This document shows, piece after piece, positions 9,700 to 23,670 of a DNA stretch of 64,000 bases (the first letter of the stretch is position 1; every line of letters begins with the position of its first letter). The stretch covers positions 257,734,001-257,798,000 of the forward strand of contig OZ024740.1 of the NCBI GenBank assembly GCA_964016885.1. Reading direction: 5' to 3'. A program made the translations under genes and the position numbers. Below the pieces are notes generated by a model. The model did not search any database, had not been told where the DNA came from, and saw only the letters and a list, made by a program, of their open reading frames with translations. This DNA is from Eledone cirrhosa (lineage: Eukaryota).

Positions 9700-12697
9700 G
9701 AACAATCAAACGCAGGAGTCAATTGTACATAGTTGTATTAGGTCCAGTCGTGGTGGGAGTGGAGGGTGTTTCGACGTTTCGGACTTAAGTCCTTCATCAG
9801 GAAAGTTGAGAGGAACTCCGTGAGGGAGTAAGGAGGGTTGTAAGGAGGGAAGTTAACAAGATAAACATGAAAAGAAGAGAAAATTAAAAATGAATAACAA
9901 AAGTAAAAACAGAATTTTAAAAGAGTGAAAATGAAATGGGGAGCACTGTACGGATCCGGGAAGGCAAGGTTGTGGTAGTGTCTATAGGCGTGACTGGAGG
10001 TGGGGAGTCAGAGAGAAAGGGTGGGGGAAAGAAAGAAAATCAAAGTCCGGGGGTTTTTTTTGGGGGGGGGGGGTGAAAGTGAGGTGGGTGTGTATGTGTA
10101 GTTCTACGTGTGTGTGTGTAGGTGTGGATGTAAGGGTGAGAATCTGGAAGGAAGCGAGTGTATATGAATGTGGGTTTTGAAAAAACATTGTGTGCGTGTT
10201 GGAGTGGAGTGTATGTCTGCGTGTATAGTCCCTGTATGGGTGTTGGTGTGTGTGTGTGTGTGTGTGATGGTGGAGAGGGCCGGATGGGATGAGATGAGGT
10301 GGTGTCAAATCCGGAGGCGGTGTGGAGTGAAGTGTGGGTGTATGTGTAGATGTGCGTGTGTGGGGTCAAAAGAAGTGAATGTGTGGTACATCTATGGGTG
10401 ATGTGGTTTAGTGTAAGGTGCGTAGAGGCATGTATGCGGAAATGGTGCAAGTGTCTGTGTGTGTCTATGTTTCTGTATTGATGTTGGTGTGTGTGTGTGG
10501 ATGGTAAAAACCGAGGGTATATGAGGTCGATTTCATCGTGAGGTAAAGTCCAAGTCCGAGCAAGAGAAAAATGGCGTTGAGAAAGTGAAATGGCAGTGTG
10601 GCGTGCACAACCGGAAGTAATGGTCAAGTAAAAAGAGTGAGAGGAGATGGTGGTAATGGCAGGACAATGTGTGAGAGGGAGGGGAGGACGTGTTGCCAAG
10701 AAAACAGAACATGGTGGGCAGGAGTGATTGTGCTACTCTGTGTGTGTGAGAGGTAGTTAGCTGTGTAGACAGGAAATGTGTGTGGGTGGAGGTAACTGAG
10801 ATTGGCATGTATGTATGCGTACGTGTATGTAGAAAGCATAGTGGACATGCGAGGAGCTATTGTCGGTGTGTGTGGGATGGTTCTGTCAATTTGTTTTCAT
10901 GTGTACATGTGCGTGTGTGGGCGAATATACTGGTGTGTGTATGTGTTTAGGGTTTTAGTGCGTGTGTGTTTTCTGGTGCACGGAAGGAAAGGACTAGACC
11001 AAGGGTTGGGTAGGGGACGTGGGTGAGATGTGTGGTGGAGAGTTAGTGGATTAAAGGGTGACGGGTGGGATAAAGGGGTGTGCGAATGTGGGGGATGGGT
11101 GGGGGATTAAACGGTTTCTGGTAGGTGGATGTTGGTGTGGGTGGGGTTATTAGTAGGTTAGAGGAGGTGGGGTGAGGAGGTTGTGGGTTACTTGTGTTAG
11201 TGGGGTGGCATGGGTGGGTGTGTGTGGGTAAAGATTAGGGATGATAGTAGAGGGAGGTGAAGGAAGATGGGAAGGTGAGAGTGGGTGGTTAGTGGGAGGG
11301 TGTGATAGTGGTGGTTGGAGGCAAGAATAGTTGGGGTAGGTTGTTTAGTGAAGTTAGTGGTAGGTAGGCGTGGGGGGGGGCTAAAGGAAGAAGGTGTGGA
11401 GATCAAACCAGGGGTGGTGCATGACTGTAGTTGGAAAATCGTGCGTTGCTCAGCCCTCAGTCGGGAATCAGCGTTTCCAGGGCACGCAATCAGGCCGCAG
11501 TCGGTCAGGTTGTAAGCGGAATATCCGCCTGAGCAGAAGTGTCGGGCGATGGGGGAATACGAGCCGAGGCGGATATCGCGGAGGTGCTCGGCGAACCAGT
11601 CGGCCAAACGGCGTCTCCTCTGTCCGACAGAGGTCGAATCGCACTCTGTGCAGCGGAGTCCATAGACAAGGCTGGAGGAGGTGCTGCGAAAGGAATGCTG
11701 GACAGGAAGGGAGTGGCCGTTGGATCCCTGGCAAGTGGTGGTGTTGGTGATGTGGGTCGGGGGCTGGGAAGGGATCAGGGAATGAATGGGGACTGCGGGT
11801 ATGGAGCTACGGATGAGCAGGTTGCAGAGGTTGCGTGCGCGTTTGAAGGGCGGAGGTGAGGGAGTGAGATCGGGTGAAGTAGAGGCGTCAGAAGAGGCGT
11901 AGGAAGGGTCGTTCCATGGGTAGGGTGCGGGCTGGTAGGTGAGGGGAAAGGGAGACGGGTGTGCGTTGGGGGGTCGGGCACCGGTGAGGGCGGCGTGGTT
12001 AAGGGAGGGCGTTAACCCCTCCGAGTGAAATGACGGACCACAGAAAAGGTCTGAATTTCAAAGTCCGCATCTCGGCTGCGGGTCCGAAGAAGTTGAGAGT
12101 AGGGAATGAGTATTTGGTGTGAGTGAGGTGGGAGGAGGTAAATTCAAGGTAGGAGTGGGAGTCCGTGGGTTTGAAGAAAGTGGAGGTGATGAGCGAGCTG
12201 TGAGAGGAGTCGATGGCGATGGAGATGTTCCAAAAGTGTACGGAGGTGGTGGAGATGGAGGTGGTGAAGTGGAAGGAGCAGAGGAATGAGATAAAGAAGT
12301 CGAGCTGTTACCGGGTGAGCGTCGTGGCACTTGTACAGTCGTTAATATAGCGACCGTATAGTTCGGAGGTGGGGCCAATGTATTGGGCAAAGATCTCAAC
12401 GTGGCCAACAAAAAGGTTGGCGTAGTTGGGGCCCATTCTTGTACCCATGACTACTCCGGTGACTTACTTGTAAAATTCTCCCAAGAAGGAGAAGCAGTTA
12501 AAGGTGACGACCAGCTCAGTGAGACGGAGGAGGGTGGAGATTGAGGTGATGGGGAGGAGCGAAGTTGAAGGTATTGTTGTAGGGCGCGTAGGCCGTCGGC
12601 GTGGGGATGACGTTGTAAAGCGATTTTACGTCAAGGGTGAAATGGAGGGGAGGTGGGCCGCGTGGAAAGGTTAGAAGAATGCAGAGGCCGGGAAGAC
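9700..12697 (-). mobile_element. Penelope-like element, 5'-truncated and decayed: RT, GIY-YIG, long CA-rich 3' region and terminal hammerhead
   Basis: FTLDVKSLY (about 12620), MGTRMGPNYANLFVG (about 12430), YGRYINDC (about 12350) and GIY-YIG region RRLADWFAEHLRDIR..PIARHF (about 11560). Confidence 0.9.
9769..9804 (-). ncRNA. Minimal PLE hammerhead
   Basis: Reverse complement reads TTTC-CTGATGA-A-GGAC TTAA GTCC-GAAA-CG-TC-GAAA, GUC site. Confidence 0.8.
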
Positions 12698-14990
12698 GAA
12701 AAGAAACACGATTTTTGTTGAGTAAGCTGGCACCAGTCAAATAGTAACCAGATGGGATCTGTTTTGAGTAAGCAGTAAATATAATTTCAAAAAATTTTAG
12801 CGAGAAAAGTTCATTATTTAACACCTGAAAAAAAGAGGAGGGAAATTTTTTCACGTATGCCGCGATATTTGAAAAGGAATGCGAAAGATTTAAACTTAAC
12901 GAACTAACTCCGGTCATGTTTAAATGCTTAATATTTATGCAAGGGTTAATTGCAAAGATACATGCGGAAATTCGTACCAGAATTTTGACAAAATTAGAGC
13001 AGAATCAGAACTTAACATTACAGGAAATATCTGAGGAATGTCAGAGAATTATAAATCTGAGACACGATAAGGAAAGAATCGAAGAGAGAGACTGCTCTCA
13101 TATACAGTCTGTGTAATCTGATATACAAAAACGAAAAACAACAAATTAATCCATGTTTTGATGTGTAGGATTTCACTTCAGAAACGATTGTCTTTTCAAA
13201 AACTTAATGTGATTCGAGTGTGGGAGAAGAGAATATACAAAATCACAATGCAAGACAAAACCAAGGAAAATTTTCAACAGGAAAAATTATGTAAACACGT
13301 TATCAACAAAAGAAAAAAAAAGATGGGAATATCCACCCATACAGCAAATACGTTACAACACTGGGGCACCATTTATTAATTTACGATTTTAAGATAGAGT
13401 ATCTACCAACTACAAAATTAGGATATGCTGATCGTCTATCAAGATTGACACCTAAAAATAGGGAACTCTTTGAAGACAGAGTGATCTCGGCATTAAGAGC
13501 TGAAAAGGAAAGAAAAAAGTATATTGTGTAACGTAGTACGGTACCTGTTACCTTAGAAGAAATAAAATTAAAATAAGACGTTTTTTTCTGCTGAGAGCAG
13601 AAAAAAAACAAATATGCAGTTTGCACAACACAAGCCAGATTCGGACTTTTAATGAATTTGTGACAATGTACTGATGTATGCATAAAGAGTAGTAATACCG
13701 GTCACACTACAAAAGAGAATATTAATATAATTCCAGATTGGTCATCCGGGGATATCAAGAATAACAGCTCTTAGAAGCCGTAATGTATACTGGCCCAAAA
13801 TGGACCAAGAGACTGAAAAGTTGGTAAAATCTTGCAGAGATTGTGTTCTGCCAGCAAAATAGCCTACCAAAAAATGTCAACCTCGGTCAAAGACGGATAT
13901 TCCATGGCCAAACTACATATAGATTTCGCAGGTCCACTAAACGGATCACATTACCTTGTAGTGGTAGATACCTTTAATAGGTGGCCTGAAATCTGTAAGT
14001 GTAAAAAAAAAAGCCTTCTCGGTTACAGTAAGCTTTTTACACAAATTGTTTGCATGATACGTTATTCCTGATACCATATTTTCTGATAATGGGACACAAT
14101 TCACTGCGCATGAATTTTTAAAAAATCGGTAAAATACAGAAAAGGTTTGTGGGTTAAGAGGGCCTTAGAGAAAGCAAGCAATGAAATAGTGGATGATTTA
14201 GCACTTCAACGATTCATACGACTATACCATGTAACGCCTAGTCATAATACCCCTGTAGATATGACACCTGCGGAATTGATGTTTGCAAGGAAGATTAAGT
14301 CAGTGTTTGACAAATTGTTACCGGGTCGAAAAAGAAAAATACCGATAACAAAAATAATACGAAACTTTTCAAAATTGGTGACAAAGTATTTTTTAGAATG
14401 TATAAAAATGGTAAAGAAATGTGGGAAGATGGCGTGATAATTAATCAAAATGGAAAAATGTTGTATTTCGTAAAAGGTCACAAATGGGAACATAAGAGAC
14501 ATAAACCAGTTTTAAAAAAAAGATTTACTGAAGAAAGGCTCACGAGAAATGAAGATTCAATGGAAGAGTTATATGATATTTTCGATCTGCCAGCCCTCAA
14601 AGAAATTGTTGAACTTACAAGTACAAGTATGGAATTATTAGAAGTGGATCCAAAATGTAAAATATATTAAGCTTCGGACGGAATTTATTTCTCAAAACGG
14701 AAGAGATGGGGTGAAAATGAAAAAATAGAAATAAACACACTCCCAGGGAAGAGGATTCCCGGGAAAGAGGAATCTCAAAAAGGGATTTTTTGTAGGGAAA
14801 ATCCCTGAATACACCCATATAACTAAAAGTAGACAAGGCGATATGTCTATAAATAATAACTGAATTGAACTGCCAGTAGACTGTGTATACAGAGTCTCAG
14901 TGTATTGACCACGTTGATAGTTCGAAATTACGTTTCGTGATTATTTTGGTTTTACCTTCGTTCGTACATATATACAAACAGGTGTAACAC
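12698..14990 (+). mobile_element. Ty3/Gypsy LTR retrotransposon remnant: gag, RNase H end and integrase, with protease and RT deleted
   Basis: Gag FKCLIF..EIRTRILTKLE, RNase H end YDFKIEY..YADRLSRL, integrase zinc finger GHPGI..YWPKMD..SCRDC, core LHIDFAGP..LVVVD and SDNGTQF. A purine tract near 14700 precedes a possible LTR ending TGTAACA at about 14989. Confidence 0.88.
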
Positions 14991-15138
14991 CATATTATAA
15001 CATGTTTACATATATAAATATGCATATATATATGTATGTGTAAATATATAAATATATATACTCCAAAATTTGTTGAGTGCTTTATATCAGTTATAAACAT
15101 ATTTGCTTGTTGTATCCCAACAAATGGTATATACATTT

Positions 15139-15173
<35 letters not shown>

Positions 15174-15177
<4 letters not shown>

Positions 15178-15278
15178 TAATAAAAATAATGAATAAAAAC
15201 AACCGGCTTGACCTATTTTCATCCCCAGACTTTGGGGATGAAAAGCCGGTTGTTTTTATTCATTATTTTTATTAATTT
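15174..15278. repeat. Nested hairpin (35-bp perfect arms plus a 12-bp inner stem) at the end of a repeat shared with 32048-32600
   Basis: AAATTAATAAAAATAATGAATAAAAACAACCGGCT and its reverse complement, enclosing TTTTCATCCCCA/TGGGGATGAAAA. Confidence 0.85.
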
Positions 15279-15406
15279 ATCTTGACTCTGTTTTCCTGTG
15301 TTTTTCATCGAAAAAAATGTTGAATACATCTTCTCTTTTCATGATATTTGGATTACATTGAGTTCTTCATACAGATTGGACACTACCGTAAATTTTGGTA
15401 GATTTA

Positions 15407-15491
<85 letters not shown>

Positions 15492-15563
15492 GCTGTTCCC
15501 AACAATGAATATTATTTATTAGAATGCTGTTGAAGTGTTTAGACATTTACGGCGGACACCGTG

Positions 15564-15611
<48 letters not shown>

Positions 15612-15668
15612 TAAACAAATAATGAATAAAACAATGAAACAGTTCCTTATATTAAACAAAAAAAGTTC

Positions 15669-15817
15669 ATTATTTAACGATCGTTTCTAGGATATATATG
15701 TGTTAGAATTGGCATGCATATTCAACAGATCTATGTACAAAATTATACAAAATTATACAAACTATCAAGATTAAATATACATACCAAACACACATATATG
15801 CCGTCTTCAGAAATAAT
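15669..15817 (-). ncRNA. Hammerhead with a stem II insertion of about 115 nt
   Basis: Reverse complement reads ATTATTT-CTGAAGA-..ATATATGTG..CACATATAT..-GAAA-CGATCG-TT-AAATAAT. Confidence 0.6.
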
Positions 15818-15865
15818 TGGATTCATACGGATTGGACACTACCGTAAACTCTTGGTAGATTTATC

Positions 15866-15944
<79 letters not shown>

Positions 15945-16012
15945 AAAATTATAATTTTGAAAAAATAATAGATCAATGTTTACCAATAAAACAATGTTTA
16001 CCAATAAACTCC

Positions 16013-16098
16013 ATCCCGTCTGTCGACAGTTTCGCTTGTGCTATATGGAAATGTGTAATCGCTGCATTATCAATGAGGTTTCAAGCTTATCAAGGGAT
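16013..16098 (-). ncRNA. Degenerate U3-A8 hammerhead, related to the 3551 family
   Basis: Reverse complement reads ATCCC-TTGATAA-GCTTG..CAAGC-GAAA-CTGTCGACAG-AC-GGGAT. Position U16.1 is mutated to A. Confidence 0.55.
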
Positions 16099-16576
16099 TC
16101 CTTCAGTTAGGACTAATTTTTTTTCGAAAGTGATCGCTGCCAGTAACAAATTCGAAAGGAGTGAAAATTATCACGTGGCTAGCGGTCAAAATAGAAGTGT
16201 TATGAAGAGTAGGCTGGTGGCCAGTAAGTAAATTGCTAGAAAAAGTAGTTATATATATATATATATATATATACACAAATTAAAGATAGAATGACATATA
16301 TAGAAATATATCAAACAATACACTGGAGATAATTTATAAAATGCACATTGAGCAAAACGCACATGGAGTTATGAAAATAACAACGCACTTTAGTTTTGTC
16401 TACGTGGAGGTGAATATATTAACTTGCAAAAAATGTAAGAACATATTGATCACAAATGTTTCACCTTTGAAATGGATAAGTTCAATGTTTAGCTACGACC
16501 ATCAGCGAAAAGGAGCTAATCATATGCAGTTACGAAAATAACAGCGCGCTTGAGTTTTGTCTATATGACGTGATTG

Positions 16577-16619
<43 letters not shown>

Positions 16620-16636
<17 letters not shown>

Positions 16637-16955
16637 TGTATACAGACGCACAGTAGTATGTATATATATATATACACATGCACACATATATATGCACGTA
16701 TCGGTCTACCGAACATTCACTATAATGTTCGGTTTGTTTGTAAACAAACAAACAGCCCGCATTACAAAAAAAACGAGCATTATAGTGAATCTTCGGTAGA
16801 CCGATACGTGCATATATATATATATGTGTGCATGTGTGTACATATATACATACTACTGTGCGTCTGTATACATATATGTATGTACGTATACATACACACA
16901 TACTTACATTTAGGTAACTGCCGTGCTAAGAGTGAGAAATGAAATTTCGTTTCAT
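16620..16955. repeat. Inverted repeat with arms of about 120 bp, same family as 22618-23670
   Basis: GCACGTATCGGTCTACCGAA..ATTCACTATAATG versus CATTATAGTGAAT..TTCGGTAGACCGATACGTGC. Confidence 0.8.
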
Positions 16956-17118
16956 TTATATATATATAAATTGTTATACTTTGGGAGGGTCATGTTGCCA
17001 AAACAAACACACGCACCAGTTGCATTCACTACAATTTATTATAAATTAAATTTATAAATTTAAGAATTTATAAATTTCCGGTTGGTTGGTTCCACAACCG
17101 GACGGTTGTTCATATATT

Positions 17119-17161
17119 GTCAAAGTTCTTTCGTCACACATTGTGTGACCTCTTCAGTGAC
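17119..17161 (-). ncRNA. Minimal PLE hammerhead
   Basis: Reverse complement reads GTCA-CTGAAGA-G-GTCACAC AAT GTGTGAC-GAAA-GAAC-TT-TGAC. Confidence 0.7.
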
Positions 17162-19217
17162 TGGGGATTCTTTTCTTTGTTTTTGTGCCTCTCCTTTGTT
17201 CTGTCCTACGCCATCTTGTTTTTGTGTGAGTTGTGTGCTTAGTTTGCGCATGTGTTACATCCGGGTGTCTATGTGTGTTTACATTTGTTTATTTATTTGT
17301 TTATTTACATGTTACTGGTTGGTTGTTTTTCTATGTGTGTGTGTGTTTCATTTTGTCCTTACTTGTAAGTTGTGATGTTGCTATTCCATTTATGTTTTCT
17401 ATTTAATTTTGGTTGTAATTCTTTTATGTTTATTGCCTCTGCGATTTGTCTAAACATTGTGTCTTTTCTGTGTGTAGATTCTATTTTTATTTCTATGTTC
17501 TCTAATTTGCCTTTATGTTCTATTTTAGCATGTTGGTGGAGTACATATGATTCTTTTCTATCTTGAAGTTCTCGCCAGTGTTCATTTAACCGTTCTCCTA
17601 TACTACGAGCTGTCTCACCTATGTACACTATATTCTTATCTTTACATTGTCCTTCAGTACATCTTATGCTATATACTACATTTCTAGTTTTACAGTTAAT
17701 ATGGGGCTTAGTTTACAGATTATACATTTCATATCTATACAGAGAGGTCTTTGGAAAGGGTATGTATTGTTAATAAGTGCTTCTATGGGGGTACCTTTGT
17801 CTTTCTACTATCTTAATATTAAGTTTATATTTATCTAGGACCCTTCTAAATTTGTAAGTTAATTCATCTCTAGTATTGATGAATATTACACTCTGGTATT
17901 TGTTGCTATCATACCATAAGTTTATTCTATTAACTTTATTCCTACTTCTTTCTATTCTATTCCAAAATTTGCTCCCATACAAGGGGCAGGTGGCATTTGT
18001 ATCATTATTTACCATTTGTTCCCATTTGGTTCTGGCTCCTCTATATACTCTGATTTTATCTCTCTGATTGTAACCAGAGAACTGCATACGGTGGATGGAG
18101 TGTTGTATGTGTCTCTCTAGTTCTTTGGGGTTGCACATGCGGGACACGTTTCTCATCAGCCGTACCAAATCCGCAATCAGTATGTTGATTTTGGTGTGAT
18201 CCGAAACAGCTAGGTTTCGGTGGATCAGATATTTGGAAGTCATGTGTTTGGCATAATGGGAATGGAGGATTTGTTATTTGTTATTAATGGTTTCTAACCA
18301 GAGCTCTGTGTCTAGTACAGCTAATCCATGGTTGGGCTGTTTGCTTGGGTAGTCTATAGTAACTCTAATATTCTGGTGGATGGAGTTAGCTATTTGCTGG
18401 ATGCTTTCCATGGTGTTTTTCTCTAATTCTTGACTGTTCTCTAGTGGGGGTGTTTTTACTACGATGTTTATATCATCAACGTAGCGGGAGTACATTATCA
18501 GGGTTAAGAGGTTGCTATCTTCTAATTGTTCTTTAAGTTTAAGTTGAAGTCTATTGTCGCACCATACAATGAATAGGTTTGCTATGTCACCTGCAATGCT
18601 AACACCAATGGCTGCTCACTCCTCTTGGGCATATGTTTTTCCATTGTATAGATATGAAATGTATAATCTGTAAACTAAGCCCCATATTAACTGTAAAAGT
18701 AGAAATGTTGTATATAGCATAAGATTTACTGAGGGACAATGTAAAGATAAGAATATAATGTACATAGGTGAGACAGCTCGTAGTATAGGAAAACGGTTAA
18801 ATGAACACTGGCGAGAACTTCAAGATAGAAAAGAATCATCTGTACTCCACCAACATCCTAAAATAGAACATAAGGGCAAACTAGAGAACATAGAAATAAA
18901 AATAGAATCTACACACAGAAAAGACGCAATGTTTAGAGAAATCACAGAGGCAATAAACATAAATACTCCAACCAAAATTAAATAGAAAACATAAATGGAA
19001 TAGCAAAATCACAACTTAAAATTAAGGACAAAATGAAAACACACACACACATAGAACAAACAACCAACCAGTAAATAAACAAATAAATAAACAAATATAA
19101 ACACACACAGACATCCGGATGTAACACATGCGCAAACTAAGCACACAACACACACACAAACAAGATGGCGTAGGACAGAACAAAGGAGAGGCACACAAAC
19201 AAAGAAAAGAATCCACA

Positions 19218-19260
19218 GTCACTGAAGAGGTCACACAATGTGTGACGAAAGAACTTTGAC
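19218..19260 (+). ncRNA. Minimal PLE hammerhead, inverted copy
   Basis: GTCA-CTGAAGA-G-GTCACAC AAT GTGTGAC-GAAA-GAAC-TT-TGAC. Confidence 0.7.
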
Positions 19261-19471
19261 AATATATGAACAACCGTCCGGTTGTGGAACCAACCAACCA
19301 ACCGGAAATTTATAATTTCTTAAATTTATAAATTTAATTTATAATAAATTGTAGTGAAAGCAACTGGTGCGTGTGTTTGTTCTGGCAACATGACCCTCTC
19401 AAAGCATAACAATATCGGTTTCAACACACGTTTTCAGATAAAGAATCTTGGTAAACAAATTCTCAGAAACG

Positions 19472-19531
<60 letters not shown>

Positions 19532-19581
19532 GTGTCTATATATATATAAATATAGTTATGTAATGAACAACGTTAGATCAT

Positions 19582-19648
19582 TATTTCATTTACCAATGGT
19601 TTCTTGAAGACAGATACTTATGTCTGGCTTCATTCATCAGAAGAAATA
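19582..19648 (-). ncRNA. Type I hammerhead
   Basis: Reverse complement reads ATTTCTT-CTGATGA-A-TGAAG C CAGA..TCTG T CTTCA-A-GAAA-CCATTGG-TA-AATGAAAT. Confidence 0.6.
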
Positions 19649-19809
19649 TTTATTTATTTATTTAATTATCTTATGTCGTTTATTACATAAATAAAAAGGT
19701 CTGTAGTCTACATAGAGCACTCTCTTTTCTTTTACCTTTGCTACGGAAATACTTCATGTCAGCATGACTTGGCAAGCTATTTAGAACACTGGTTTAAACG
19801 CTTTACTTC

Positions 19810-19844
19810 CCTCCGAAGAAGAGATATTATCTCGAAAATTAAGG
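19810..19844 (+). ncRNA. Minimal hammerhead with a U4C change
   Basis: CCT-CCGAAGA-A-GAGATA T TATCTC-GAAA-AT-TA-AGG. Confidence 0.5.
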
Positions 19845-20894
19845 ACATTTAAAAAGATCTAAGGTAAAAGACTAATAGTCAACAATATATTTTGCATTTG
19901 CATTCTTTATTCTATGTCCCTACCTGCATTGTTTTGGCTTTATTATACATATACAAACGTTTATACCTCATTACACAATGCTTCAAGTGAACTATAACCT
20001 CCTCCATATATATATATATAATATAAAATCAAAAGATGGTTAAAAGAGTTCCATGTATTTTATTATGCGCATTTCAAAAACAAATATCATCATGGGATGA
20101 TATTTGCGTTCTAATCAGATAAAATAAGGAGACATGATATGAAGCTTAAAAAATACTTGCGAACAGTGAAGTGTTAAATCAACATATGAAAAATAAAATA
20201 AGAGGGATATATGAGATTGGATAAAAGGAAAGGAAGGGGGAAAGAAAAGGTAAGGATGAGGAAGAAAAAATATAGATAGACGAAAAAAATATAACAAGGA
20301 AAGGATGACGGAGGAGGAGTATAAGAAGGAAGGATGAGAGGGGAGGAGAAAATGAGTGAGAGAGAGAGATATATAACCTTTAATACTGAGAAACAGTCTC
20401 ACAGAGAAAAAAATTTTAAAATCGTTGTAAGATAATACATAATTTAAAAAAATTAAGAAATTAAAAGTTAATGAGGTTTATGAATGGTGATGCTTATGAT
20501 TAAAGAAAAACGAATTAAGAATACTATTTATTTTTGGTTTATATATTGAGGGGTTTAATAAGATGTGCGAAAAGGAATTTATTAAAATGTATTATTAAAA
20601 TAAAATATATTAAGGTGAATGAAGATAAGGTTAAATGAATTATGAACTTAAAGGAATTAATTAGGGTCCAAGTTTGTTTCTATATATTGTAATAGGAAAA
20701 AGTAAGTAATAGATTTAATACGAGCATGGAAGGAGAGAAGAAAGAAAACATTTAAGGATCATTGTTTTGTGGGGTCCGTATGGATTTGGTCCACCCAATC
20801 CACCTTCCCATGGGAGTCTTTTTGGCCATTGAGGTTATGGTGGGGTGGGGTGGGGTGTACCTATTATGGGCCTACTGGGGCAGAAATGGCTAAG

Positions 20895-21218
20895 GAAAAA
20901 GACAAAAATAAATAAATAAATAAACAGATTAAATAAAGATGGCGTAGATGTACAATACAACAGGAAGAACATAGTAGCACTACTGACGATGTTGCAGATG
21001 TGCAACGAAAGAACTTTGTTAGACTATATATATTGGTTTGTGTCGATATTATATCTGTATTTTTTACCCTTGGTCTGTCAATAGTAAACATTGAGGACCG
21101 AATGAATTAACTGATATGAAAGATACAGAAGCGAAAATCAACCAAACAGTGAGTGTGTTCTGTTATTAATTCTGGCAATATTATTACAATAATATGACCC
21201 TCCCCAAGTATAACAATA
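20895..21218 (+). mobile_element. PLE terminal repeat related to 19050-19413, with a hammerhead at 20978-21022
   Basis: Shares AAGATGGCGTAG and the end ATGACCCTC..AAG.ATAACAAT. HHR reads CTGACGA-T-GTTGCA GATG TGCAAC-GAAA-GAACTT. Confidence 0.7.
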
Positions 21219-21267
21219 TATACATACACATATGCATATATATATATACACATATACATATACACAC

Positions 21268-21341
<74 letters not shown>

Positions 21342-21679
21342 GTATTTATGTATACGTATGTATGTATATATGTATATATGTGTATATATATATATACATT
21401 AGTATATATGTATGTGTGTATGTATCATTATGTATCTTTGTTGCCTGCCTGTGTGTGCGTGCGTGTATGTGTGTGTACGTGTGTAAGTGGGCGTGTGTGT
21501 GAATGTGCTTGTCGACACCTGGAATATATATTAAGAGAAATTTCACAATAAGGGGAATCACCCCCAACTCTTGAATCTGTTGATGGAACCTTTTCTGCCT
21601 TTGTCTCCCTTAATTCAGCCTTAAAGAATTAGCTTCTAAAGAATTTCCCTTTCCTTTAAACAATTGAACCCCACCCATT

Positions 21680-21765
21680 GCCTTTCATTCTTATTGGGTT
21701 GATAAAATAAAGTACCAGTAATACACTGGGTAATTGCTGGCCTTGTGCCCAAACTAGAAACAATT
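21680..21765 (+). mobile_element. SINE 3' fragment
   Basis: Core and tail match the other copies. Confidence 0.75.
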
Positions 21766-22011
21766 GTTAGTCTAAGTGATAAACTAGGACTGGTATTCCA
21801 AATTTGAATTTGTTTACAGTATTCTTTCTGCCTTTGTTAATATTATAGCTTTAAAGAATTAGCTTTTAATGAACTCCCTTTTCTTTGAATCCATCAACCA
21901 ATCCCCACCCTCTCCTTCCACCAGAAAATAAAAGATATACATACCACCACCCACTTGGACAGCCATCTCCCAGATGATTTCTCACGAATGAAACACTTCT
22001 AGTCATGTAGA

Positions 22012-22042
<31 letters not shown>

Positions 22043-22480
22043 ATAAGATTTCACATATTTCGTAGCTGATCCTTTTCAACCAGATATAATTTTAATGTTA
22101 TTTTGCACACAGTTTAATTATTCAAAGCTTTTTAGGACCACCCGGAAAGACGGTAAGAGTACATGTGTAGGGATTGAAATAAATTGAAAGGGATAAGAAA
22201 TAAGAAAATTAACGCGTATTTGATTTCAAATGGTCTCCCCCGCAATTAATTATACACATAAACATACATATGTGCACAACCCACAATTGTACATAAAACA
22301 CGCACACAAGTACACGTACAAATGGATTATGCACGAGTAAAACAAAGAAACATTCACGCTTACATAAGAGATATAATGTGTTTATTTGTCTATACGTAGT
22401 GACATTAGAAAAAAAGAGGTTTGTGTATGTATGTCTGGGTACGTATATATCTACACACACATATATATACATATATATAC

Positions 22481-22598
<118 letters not shown>

Positions 22599-22617
22599 AT
22601 TTATATATATATATAAG

Positions 22618-22729
22618 TTGAAATAAAATGAAAACGAAATTTCATTTCTCACTCTTAGTACGGCACTTACTTAAATGTAAGTATGTGTGTATACGTACAT
22701 ACATATATGTATACAGACGTACAGTAGCA

Positions 22730-22817
<88 letters not shown>

Positions 22818-23103
22818 TACATACAGGTACACATACATATATGCTCGTATCAGTTTAGCGGACGCTTATTGTAACGCCGCTTTGTTCGTTTGTAAACAAA
22901 CTGAACAGCCTGAATTTTTATGCCGTACGGTGTTAAGGCAACCACGTCACCTTTTTGTTCAACACTGACACAGGAACGATGTACTAGTTTCAAGCTTGTT
23001 ATCTATCATCAGCACCGTATACCCATCTGCCAGATAGTTGAACTTTCGAAAGTTATAATAAGCGTCCGCTAAACTGATACGTGCATATATGTATGTGTAC
23101 CTG

Positions 23104-23159
<56 letters not shown>

Positions 23160-23670
23160 TGCTACTGTACGTCTGTATACATATATGTATGTACGTATAC
23201 ACACATACTTACATTTAAGTAAGTGCCGTACTAAGAGTGAGAAATGAAATTTCGTTTTCATTTTATTTCAACTTATCGTTTTCGGTATGCCTGACCGACT
23301 TAGCTCACTCGATATGCAAATTAGGGTGCTCAGCCGTTAATTTTCATAAAGAAAGTATATACTTTCGAACGTTCAGCTATCTGGCAGATGGGTATACGGT
23401 GCTGATGATAGCTAACAAGCTTGAAACTAGTACATCGTTCCTGTGTCAGTGTTGAACAAAAAGGTGACGTGGTTGCCTTAACACAGTACGGCATAAAAAT
23501 TCAGGCTGTTCAGTTTGTTTACAAACGAACAAAGCGACGTTATAATAAGCGTCCGCTAAACTGATACGTGCATATATGTATGTGTACCTGTATGTATATA
23601 TATATATATATGCATGCTACTGTACGTCTGTATACATATATGTATGTACGTATACACACATACTTACATT
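22618..23670. repeat. Scrambled inverted duplications of one repeat family
   Basis: 22618-22870 is inverted at 23058-23272, 22870-23050 is inverted at 23370-23540, and 23540-23670 directly repeats 23055-23215. Confidence 0.8.

Larger units (their letters stand above)
16970..19413 (-). mobile_element. Penelope-like element (RT and GIY-YIG, 17360-18645) with a 770-bp inverted duplication of its 3' end (16970-17740 and 18646-19413)
   Basis: AIGVSIAGDIANLF, YSRYVDDINI, LAVLDTEL and YIGETARSIGERLNEH. The GIY-YIG ORF is present on both strands (17359-17628 minus, 18758-18985 plus). Confidence 0.92.

Noticed and set aside
9982-11200. His/Thr/Pro-rich ORFs (also 52900-54200)
   Set aside because: Low-complexity CA-rich 3' regions of the PLE family.
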